From positions 1 through 47,273 of the forward strand of contig CAZSGY010000026.1 in NCBI GenBank assembly GCA_964606975.1: a stretch of 47,273 nt of DNA. Reading direction: 5' to 3'. Each line of letters opens with the position of its first letter. Positions within the stretch are counted from its first letter, which is position 1. Made by a program: the position numbers and the translations under genes. This DNA is from an uncultured Gammaproteobacteria bacterium (lineage in GTDB: Bacteria; Patescibacteriota; Microgenomatia; UBA8517). Below are positions 40,622-47,273 of this stretch, one piece after another. The notes below the pieces were generated by a model. That model was not told where the DNA came from. It did no database searches and was given only the letters and a program-made list of their open reading frames with translations.

Positions 40622-41281
40622 TTATTTGTCGCTTCCCAGATAAGGCACTCTTCCGGATACAACCGCAACGATGACACGACCCGATTCTGTAACCGAGGAA
40701 TTTATGGTAATACTGTCGATTGCAGAAATAGTCCTGAGCTTTTCTAAATCCCTAATAAAATTACTTATGTTGGCATAGCCGCCCCTGATGCTAATAGAAT
40801 ACCCCATTTCATTTGCACCTTCGGGGAGAGGTTTAAGCTCTCCCGAAACTCTAACAGTTTTTGGACTTCCCACAAGAATAACGTCATTGATAACAAGGCC
40901 TATAAGCTCCACCCCGTCTCTGGCAGATAAGCCTTCGATTTGTTTTGTAAACAAATCGGGACTCGGCGCAGAAGAAACAGCTGTGTTAATTTTCTCTAAA
41001 TACATTTGGTTTTGGATCAAAACACCATTGGCTTTTTGTAAATCGCTGACTTTTTGGTTAAGTGCCTCAAGGGTTTTCTTTTCCTCTTTAATTTGTTGGA
41101 CAAGGCTAATAATGGTTATAGCCGTAGGTTTGAGTGCAAACATAGCAAAAATAATTACGGTTACAATTGACAGAACTATTTCCAGGAAGGCGCGCAAATC
41201 AGCCCTTTTTTTATAAAGGGAGGAAATATTCAAAAATAACTCTTTGTATCTGTAGTATGACGATCTCCAGCCTGTTGCCAT
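40622..41281 (-). CDS. pilO: PilO-like type IV pilus/T2SS-type assembly protein
   Basis: Basic N-terminus, one TM helix, a coiled coil (QQIKEEKKTLEALNQKVSDLQKAN), and a C-terminal block YANISNFIRDLEKLRTISAIDSITI. Confidence 0.6.
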   Translation of the reverse strand: MATGWRSSYYRYKELFLNISSLYKKRADLRAFLEIVLSIVTVIIFAMFALKPTAITIISLVQQIKEEKKTLEALNQKVSDLQKANGVLIQNQMYLEKINTAVSSAPSPDLFTKQIEGLSARDGVELIGLVINDVILVGSPKTVRVSGELKPLPEGANEMGYSISIRGGYANISNFIRDLEKLRTISAIDSITINSSVTESGRVIVAVVSGRVPYLGSDK

Positions 41282-41282
41282 C

Positions 41283-41813
41283 TTAGTATTTAATATTAAT
41301 TACAAACTCGATTTCACCTGCATTTTTTTCCGATGAGTTTACTGGTCCAAGTTCGGCACTTTTAAACGAACCATCTTGTAAGCCGGCTACAAATCTGGAT
41401 ATGTCGTAATCTGACAGAGAAGATCCTCTGACTTCTATTGAGTCTTTAAATAACGAAATTCTGGATAATACAACAGTTTCCGGAACCTTGCTGGTCACCT
41501 TTTCTACCAACGAGGACATCTGGTTGCTTTGACCCGTTTTATCAAAAACGTTTAATTTTGTCTGAACACCCCTGAATTGTTTTTCCAGATCTGCCTGGGC
41601 TGAAATTTGAGCACTTTTTACTTTGATGGAGTTATTTAAACTGGAATTTTGTGCATCCAGCCAAAAACGTGACAAAAACGCTGCCATGACTACCATTTCC
41701 GTAACAATAACTATTATGCGGAAAGTGCCGGTTGTCCACTTAAGAATACGACCTGCTGTTGAAGCGTTGAACTCCTCTTGTGGCAAAAGGTTAATAGATT
41801 TATTTTTGGGCAT
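41283..41813 (-). CDS. pilN: PilN-like assembly protein
   Basis: N-terminal PilM-docking-type motif SINLLPQEE, then a TM helix, a coiled coil and a small alpha/beta domain. ATG at 41813 preferred to the TTG at 41837. Confidence 0.68.
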   Translation of the reverse strand: MPKNKSINLLPQEEFNASTAGRILKWTTGTFRIIVIVTEMVVMAAFLSRFWLDAQNSSLNNSIKVKSAQISAQADLEKQFRGVQTKLNVFDKTGQSNQMSSLVEKVTSKVPETVVLSRISLFKDSIEVRGSSLSDYDISRFVAGLQDGSFKSAELGPVNSSEKNAGEIEFVINIKY

Positions 41814-41943
41814 ACATCGCGTTGTTTTAATTTCCAATTATTGCACGCCAATTTTCAATAAAAAATGAGATCTGGCAAATAGGAAATGTGCTCTAATCAA
41901 TATAGCACATGTAAATGCGTGAAAGAAGCTTTGTTAATGAGAA

Positions 41944-42237
41944 TTATTTCCCCTTCGAAGAAACCTTTTTTACTGTCTTAGCGGCGGCCTTTTGGGGAGC
42001 CTTGACCGCAATCAGTTTAGAAAGCTGGGATTTTATTCTGGAAGCCTTATTTTTGTGAATAATCTTCTTTTTTGCGGCGCGGTCGGCAAGAGAGATGGCG
42101 GAAATTACTTTATCATTACTTTTAGATTTTTTAGCCATGCGGATTGAGATTTCCAGTCTTTTGATCAAAAGACTGTTAACTTTGTTTTTATTTTTGGAGC
42201 CCCTTAGTGCCCTTTTTGCTGTTTTGGTTACTGGCAT
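41944..42237 (-). CDS. rpsT: 30S ribosomal protein S20
   Basis: 97-aa basic protein with TKTAKRALRGSKNKNKVN...DRAAKKKIIHKNKASRIKSQL. Confidence 0.9.
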   Translation of the reverse strand: MPVTKTAKRALRGSKNKNKVNSLLIKRLEISIRMAKKSKSNDKVISAISLADRAAKKKIIHKNKASRIKSQLSKLIAVKAPQKAAAKTVKKVSSKGK

Positions 42238-42329
42238 ACCGGTTAATTTGTCAAATTTTAAATTTAAAATTCAAAATTTCTTCGTGGTTGTTAGTATATG
42301 GCAAAGAAGCTAGAATATCAAGAAGAGAC

Positions 42330-44057
42330 ATGGAAAATTTGATCGCCAAAGGTAAGAAAATAATCAACTCTCAACAAAATAGCATTCTTTCAGCGGCCAC
42401 CCTGATTATGATAATGATTGCCACCTCCATGATCTTAGGACTTATCCGACAGAGGGTTTTGGCAAGTTACTTTGATCCAAATTCGCTTTCATTATTTTTT
42501 GCCGCTTTCAGGTTGCCTGATGCAATTTTTCAGGTCTTGGTTTTTGGTACGTTTTCATCTGCCTTTATACCGGTATTTACAAAATCTTTAAAAGAAGGTG
42601 AGGCGAAAGCCTGGCAGCTTGCGGGTAAGATAGTTTCAATAGGTTTAGTGATCTTTATTTTGGCAGTTGCGGTTGCGGCAATTTTTACCCCCCAAATATA
42701 CGCAATCATTGCTCCCGGTTTTGATAAGGAGGAAAATGCCCAAATCGCCTTTTTGGCTAGAATCCTGTTTTTGGCTCAGGGCTTTTTTGTGATCAGTTAT
42801 GTTTTGACCGGAGTTTTGGAATCATTAAGACGTTTTTTGATTCCGGCTTTGGCACCAATTTTTTACAATCTGGGAATAATTTTAGGTACGGTAATTTTAA
42901 CTCCGTATATCGGATTAACAGCACCGGCTGTCGGGGTAGTGATTGGAGCTTTTGCACATTTTGCAATTCAGTACCCGCTAAGCAGAAAACTTGGCTTTAG
43001 ATTTACTTGGGATCTTAGGGCAGATGAGGGAGTTAAAAAAATCGGAAAACTTGCATTGCCCCGTGCAGTCGATTTGGCTTTTGATCAAATAGGTAAAAGT
43101 ACTGAACTTTTTCTTTCCTCGCTGATATCTCAGGCCTCATATACCTACTATACTTTTGCTAATTCTTTGCAGCTTCTTCCGGTGACCCTTTTTGGGACAT
43201 CGCTTGCCAAAGCAGTGCTTCCCATGCTTTCGGATGCAAGTGGCGACAAGGTCAAGTTCAGGAAAATTCTTCTTTCGGCAATATATCAGGCGGTATTTTT
43301 TACCCTCCCCCTGGCTGCCGCTCTGATTGCGCTTAGAATCCCGGTGGTTAGGCTTATTTATGGAACAAAAATATTTAATTGGGAATCTACTGTCCAAACC
43401 GGGACAGTGCTTTCAGTGTTTGCCGTTTCTATAGTATTTCAGACTTTAATGTCTATTCTTGTGCGTTCCTTTTTTGCTTTGCATGACACAAAAACTCCGG
43501 TTAAAGTTTCCTTTATCGGACTTGGTCTTTTGGTGGTTGCCGATTTTGTATTAGTTATCGGCTTCCACATGGATGTTTGGGCATTGGCTGCGTCTTTCGC
43601 TTTCAGCACCTTAGTGGAAGCAGTAATACTAATGATATTAATTAACAAGAGGATTGGGGGAATCGTTAACTTGAAGTTTTTTACCCACACTTTAAAGATT
43701 TTTACTGCCACAATAGTTTCCGGGGGTGCAATGTATTTTATGCTTAAGATTTTCGACAAATCTGTGTGGGTTAAAAGGCTGTCTTTCTTGGGCGGAATAG
43801 ATGCTACCAGCGCTTTTCCTTTTGAGAAATTCGTATTGGACACCCGTTATACCGGAAATCTGATCATTCTCACTCTGGTGACTTTTTTGGTCGGACTTGC
43901 TATTTACATACTTCTGTCTCTTTTGTTTAAGGTTGACGAAGCCAAATACTTTCTTAGTCTTACAAAAGGGATCTTTCTCAAAAGGATTTCGCCCTCCATT
44001 CCGGCTCAGGAAGAGGAGCCTGTTTCTCCTACCACAGAACCCCCAAACAGTACTTGA
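42330..44057 (+). CDS. murJ: lipid II flippase MurJ
   Basis: LGLIRQRVLASYF...FFAAFRLPDAIFQVLVFGTFSSAFIPVF and about 14 TM helices. ATG at 42330 preferred to 42207, which would overlap rpsT. Confidence 0.85.
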   Translation: MENLIAKGKKIINSQQNSILSAATLIMIMIATSMILGLIRQRVLASYFDPNSLSLFFAAFRLPDAIFQVLVFGTFSSAFIPVFTKSLKEGEAKAWQLAGKIVSIGLVIFILAVAVAAIFTPQIYAIIAPGFDKEENAQIAFLARILFLAQGFFVISYVLTGVLESLRRFLIPALAPIFYNLGIILGTVILTPYIGLTAPAVGVVIGAFAHFAIQYPLSRKLGFRFTWDLRADEGVKKIGKLALPRAVDLAFDQIGKSTELFLSSLISQASYTYYTFANSLQLLPVTLFGTSLAKAVLPMLSDASGDKVKFRKILLSAIYQAVFFTLPLAAALIALRIPVVRLIYGTKIFNWESTVQTGTVLSVFAVSIVFQTLMSILVRSFFALHDTKTPVKVSFIGLGLLVVADFVLVIGFHMDVWALAASFAFSTLVEAVILMILINKRIGGIVNLKFFTHTLKIFTATIVSGGAMYFMLKIFDKSVWVKRLSFLGGIDATSAFPFEKFVLDTRYTGNLIILTLVTFLVGLAIYILLSLLFKVDEAKYFLSLTKGIFLKRISPSIPAQEEEPVSPTTEPPNST

Positions 44058-44082
44058 CAACTTTTAGCACTCGATGTACGAT
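44054..44082 (+). promoter_or_regulatory. sigma70-type promoter of hrcA-grpE-dnaK
   Basis: TTGACA (44054-44059), 17-nt spacer, TACGAT (44077-44082). The murJ TGA stop (44055-44057) lies inside the -35 hexamer. Confidence 0.6.
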
Positions 44083-44090
44083 ACTGCTAA
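44064..44090. promoter_or_regulatory. CIRCE operator
   Basis: TTAGCACTC-N9-TACTGCTAA. The left arm is perfect and the right arm matches 7/9. It spans the spacer and the -10 box. Confidence 0.75.
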
Positions 44091-44161
44091 TCCTTCGACT
44101 TCGCTCAGAATAAGTCGAAAAGAAAAAGAATTTTTGATGAAAGAGCGAAGCAGGTTTAACC

Positions 44162-44896
44162 ATGAAAGACGGACTTACATCAAGACAAACACAAATTTTA
44201 AAGACAATTGTCGATGAGTATATTACCACGGCCGAACCTGTTGGTTCTGAAGCTCTGGATAAAAAATACAACCTAGGTGTTTCCCCGGCGACTATTAGAA
44301 ATGAAATGGTTACTTTAACCAAGCTTAATTTTCTAAAACAACCCCACGCATCGGCGGGACGCATTCCCACTCCGGTAGCGATGAAATTTTATATAAATCA
44401 ACTAATGGAAGAAAAACAGATGAGTTTGGTAGACGAAGTCAAGGCAAAAGAAGAAGTTTGGGACTCCAGGGACGACATAGACGAATTAATGGATGAGGCG
44501 ACACACGCATTGGCGTCACGTACCAAATCTCTGTCGGTTGCCGCTTTGAAGGACAAAAAGGATAGATTTTGGCAGGCGGGACATTCTTATATTTTCCAAA
44601 ACCCGGAATTTTCTAATGTTTTGACCTGTCAAAACTTATTTTCTATTTTTGAGGAGTTCGACAAATTGGACAGGCTGTTTTTTGGTTACGAACCGACCTC
44701 TCCTTTAGAAGTTTTATTTGGAGAGGAGCTGGGGATTCCGGAACTTGCCACCACGGGAATTGTCTCGACCCACTTTACCATTAAGGGCAAAAAGGGTGTT
44801 TTAGGTGTTATTGGTCCGGCAAGAGCTGACTATGGAACTGTCATCCCGATATTAAGATACTTCGGCAACTTGGTCGAAGAGGTCGCAAACAAATAA
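44162..44896 (+). CDS. hrcA: heat-inducible repressor HrcA (short, 244 aa)
   Basis: Winged-helix N-terminus LTSRQTQILKTIVDEYITTAEPVGSEAL...VSPATIRNEM...HASAGRIPT. It lies upstream of grpE-dnaK. Confidence 0.85.
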   Translation: MKDGLTSRQTQILKTIVDEYITTAEPVGSEALDKKYNLGVSPATIRNEMVTLTKLNFLKQPHASAGRIPTPVAMKFYINQLMEEKQMSLVDEVKAKEEVWDSRDDIDELMDEATHALASRTKSLSVAALKDKKDRFWQAGHSYIFQNPEFSNVLTCQNLFSIFEEFDKLDRLFFGYEPTSPLEVLFGEELGIPELATTGIVSTHFTIKGKKGVLGVIGPARADYGTVIPILRYFGNLVEEVANK

Positions 44897-44912
44897 ATTA
44901 AAAATATCAAAT

Positions 44913-45380
44913 ATGACAAAGATGAAAAAAACGGAATCGCAGAGAAAAAGTACGGATAAAGTTCATTCCGAACTTGAGACGGTCAAGGCAATGTTGGCCA
45001 GAGCATTGGCTGATTATGATAATTTAAGTAAGAGGGTTGAGAGGGAAAAAGAAACCTTAGCAAAAATAGCATCCCTAAGTGTTTTGGGAAGGTTGCTGCC
45101 TGTTTTGGACAATCTGGAACTTTCTCAGGAACACTTAAAAAATCCCGGGTTGGCAATAAGCATAGTAGAGTTTAGGAAAGTATTAAGCGAAGAGGGGCTT
45201 ACTGAAATCAATCCGAAAGTGGGAGAAAATTTTGATGAAGAGACGATGGAAGTAGTTGAAGTTACGCCGGGAGCGAGAGATAATATTGTCTCGGAGGTTT
45301 TGTTAAGAGGTTGGAAATTTAATGACGGTCAGGTGCTTAGACACGCCAAAGTTAAAGTGTCTAAAATAAAAGATAATTAA
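44913..45380 (+). CDS. grpE: nucleotide exchange factor GrpE (short, 155 aa)
   Basis: Coiled-coil [28 protein letters not shown], and a C-terminal beta domain [17 protein letters not shown]. Confidence 0.85.
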   Translation: MTKMKKTESQRKSTDKVHSELETVKAMLARALADYDNLSKRVEREKETLAKIASLSVLGRLLPVLDNLELSQEHLKNPGLAISIVEFRKVLSEEGLTEINPKVGENFDEETMEVVEVTPGARDNIVSEVLLRGWKFNDGQVLRHAKVKVSKIKDN

Positions 45381-45384
45381 AATT

Positions 45385-47273
45385 ATGGGAAAAATAATAG
45401 GTATTGATTTAGGAACAACAAATTCATGTGTGGCAGTGATGGAGGGTGGCCGCCCTAAAGTTATTCCTGCCGTGGATACGGGTAAAAATACTACTCCGTC
45501 AGTTGTTGAACCAGTCAAAAATTTAGTAGGAGATGTGGCCAAGAGACAAATGATTCTTAACTCCAAGAATACGGTTTATTCGGCAAAACGCCTTATGGGA
45601 AGACGCTTCGAGGACAAGGAAGTTAAGCGCACCATTGACATGGTACCTTACAAAATTGCAGAAGGTAAAAACGGAATGGCCGATATTGAGATCGATGGCA
45701 AGAATTACACTCCCCAGGAGATTAGCGCCAGAGTTTTAATGAAACTTAAAAAAGATGCGGAAAAATATCTGGGTGAGAAAGTTGATCAAGCCGTTATTAC
45801 AGTCCCTGCGTATTTTGATGATGCACAGCGACAAGCGACAAAGCAAGCCGGTGAAATTGCCGGATTAAAAGTTGAGCGCATTATCAATGAACCCACAGCC
45901 GCGGCTTTAGCGTACGGATTGGATAAGAAAAATTCCGAAAAGATTGCGGTCTACGATCTTGGAGGAGGAACCTTTGACATTTCCATTTTGGAAATCGGAG
46001 ACGGAGTCATTGAGGTTAAGGCGACAAATGGGGATACGCATTTGGGAGGAGACGATTTTGATGCAGCAATAGTGGATTACATTGTTTCTGAATTTAAGAA
46101 AGAACAGGGAGTAGACCTCAAAGCAGACACCCAAGCTTACCAGAGAGTCCGTGATGCTGCAGAAAAGGCAAAAATTGAACTTTCCGCCGCTTCGGAAGTT
46201 GAGATCAACCAACCATACATCACTCAAAAAGATAGTCAGCCTCTGCATCTGACAATGAAGCTTACCCGGGCAAAAATGGAAAGCTTGGTTGACGAGCTGA
46301 TACAAAAAACCCTTAAGCCCGTAGAACTTTGCTTGAAAGATGCAAAGCTGGATGCACACGATGTAAATGAAGTGGTTATGGTCGGAGGTATGACCAGGAT
46401 GCCCAAGGTGGTCGAAACAGTCAAAAACTTTTTCGGTAAGGATCCGAACCAATCGGTAAATCCCGACGAGGTTGTTGCGGTTGGGGCTGCAATACAGGGC
46501 GGAGTTTTAGGTGGTGAGGTTAAGGATATTCTGCTTTTGGATGTCACTCCGTTGACACTGGCTATAGAAACTTTAGGCGGAGTAGCCACGCCCATGATTC
46601 CCAGAAATACAACCGTTCCTACCAGTAAGACCGAGGTTTTTTCAACTGCGGCAGATAATCAAACTCAGGTCCAAATCGTTGTAACTCAAGGAGAGCGTCC
46701 GATGAGTGCTGATAACAAAACTTTGGGGACATTCATTCTCGATGGGATTCCCCCCGCACCCCGTGGTGTCCCGCAGGTTGAAGTTACATTTGATATGGAT
46801 GCTTCCGGGATTTTAACTGTTACCGCCAAGGATAAGGCAACAAGTAAAACTCAGAATATTAAGATTACCGGTGCAGTCGGACTCTCTGACGACGAAATCA
46901 AACGTATGCAGGAAGAAGCTGAGAAGCACAAAGAGGAAGATGAAAAGAAAGCCGAACTTATCAAAACCAAAAATAATGCAGACGCTATGGTGGCTACTGC
47001 TGAAAAAGCACTTAAAGACGCGGGCGACAAGGTTTCAGCCGATGTGAAGTCTAAGGTTGAAGAAAAGATTTCCAAAGTTAAGGAAATTGCCGGAAAAGAA
47101 GATTCCAGTAAAGAAGACATTGAGACAGCAACAAAAGATCTTTCGGACACATTAAGTCAGATCGGTCAGACTATGTATGGAAACCAAGATGCCCCCCAGG
47201 GAGAACAATCAAAAGAAGGTAATGGAGAAGAGAAAAAAGAAGAGAAGAAGGACGAAAAAGTTGAAGAGGGAGA
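45385..47273 (+). CDS. dnaK: chaperone DnaK (3' end outside the window)
   Basis: ATG at 45385. [42 protein letters not shown]. The frame is open to the window end, so it is absent from the ORF track. Confidence 0.96.
   Translation, partial: MGKIIGIDLGTTNSCVAVMEGGRPKVIPAVDTGKNTTPSVVEPVKNLVGDVAKRQMILNSKNTVYSAKRLMGRRFEDKEVKRTIDMVPYKIAEGKNGMADIEIDGKNYTPQEISARVLMKLKKDAEKYLGEKVDQAVITVPAYFDDAQRQATKQAGEIAGLKVERIINEPTAAALAYGLDKKNSEKIAVYDLGGGTFDISILEIGDGVIEVKATNGDTHLGGDDFDAAIVDYIVSEFKKEQGVDLKADTQAYQRVRDAAEKAKIELSAASEVEINQPYITQKDSQPLHLTMKLTRAKMESLVDELIQKTLKPVELCLKDAKLDAHDVNEVVMVGGMTRMPKVVETVKNFFGKDPNQSVNPDEVVAVGAAIQGGVLGGEVKDILLLDVTPLTLAIETLGGVATPMIPRNTTVPTSKTEVFSTAADNQTQVQIVVTQGERPMSADNKTLGTFILDGIPPAPRGVPQVEVTFDMDASGILTVTAKDKATSKTQNIKITGAVGLSDDEIKRMQEEAEKHKEEDEKKAELIKTKNNADAMVATAEKALKDAGDKVSADVKSKVEEKISKVKEIAGKEDSSKEDIETATKDLSDTLSQIGQTMYGNQDAPQGEQSKEGNGEEKKEEKKDEKVEEG

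Noticed and set aside
41886-41910. Hairpin ATGTGCT-N11-AGCACAT between rpsT and the pilN-like gene as an rpsT terminator
   Set aside because: It has only a 7-bp AT-rich stem with an 11-nt loop, and a weak interrupted U-run (TTCCTATTT) on the minus strand. This is not convincing enough to annotate.
45907-47150. Minus-strand ORFs (99-181 aa) inside dnaK
   Set aside because: They are antisense to DnaK, whose plus-strand frame is open and matches Hsp70 motifs throughout. These are typical shadow ORFs.
1-47273. Alternative genetic code (UGA recoding, as in some candidate phyla) and mobile elements or prophage
   Set aside because: TGA terminates well-supported genes at family-typical lengths (for example at 9248-9250, 44055-57 and 27682-84), and no ORF needs read-through. 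I saw no transposase, integrase, long inverted terminal repeats or tRNA-flanked direct repeats.

Overview
Gene-dense 47.3-kb chromosomal segment using the standard code (TGA, TAA and TAG all end well-supported genes). I call 44 protein-coding genes, one tRNA-Cys(GCA), two CIRCE/HrcA operators inside sigma70-type promoters, one intrinsic terminator, and a set of -10 boxes that sit directly against start codons. I saw no rRNA, CRISPR array, transposase, integrase or phage gene. Content: (i) a tRNA-centred operon, valS / tsaD / 2H-phosphoesterase / tsaC::tsaE fusion. (ii) The HrcA regulon core: groES-groEL and hrcA-grpE-dnaK, with dnaK running off the 3' end. (iii) DNA repair genes: an AlkA-like glycosylase, rmuC, a UvrD-type helicase fused to a Cas4/AddB-like nuclease, and pcrA. 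(iv) A very heavy load of cell-envelope genes: VanW, M23 peptidase, PEGA/SH3b protein, murJ, two tandem FemAB-family transferases, an LCP ligase, a WecA/TagO-like transferase, a UbiA-family transferase, UDP-xylose synthase, a processive GT2 synthase, and about five GT-C-like polytopic proteins including a Pmt-type protein O-mannosyltransferase module. (v) A minus-strand operon (41813 down to 37110) that starts with PilN- and PilO-like genes. It continues with Thr/Pro-rich surface proteins instead of pilus ATPase, platform or pilin genes. Two of these proteins end in the same TPTPTEASLPQSG + hydrophobic-tail sorting-signal-like C-terminus. Trimmed housekeeping proteins, no outer-membrane genes, near-zero intergenic space and few Shine-Dalgarno sequences suggest a reduced-genome monoderm bacterium of the CPR/Patescibacteria type; this is inference only. 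The items most worth a second look are operon (v) with its adjacent glycosylation genes, the start-codon-proximal -10 boxes (leaderless-mRNA signature) including three head-to-head CATG start-codon overlaps, and the FemAB pair with an unknown partner gene.
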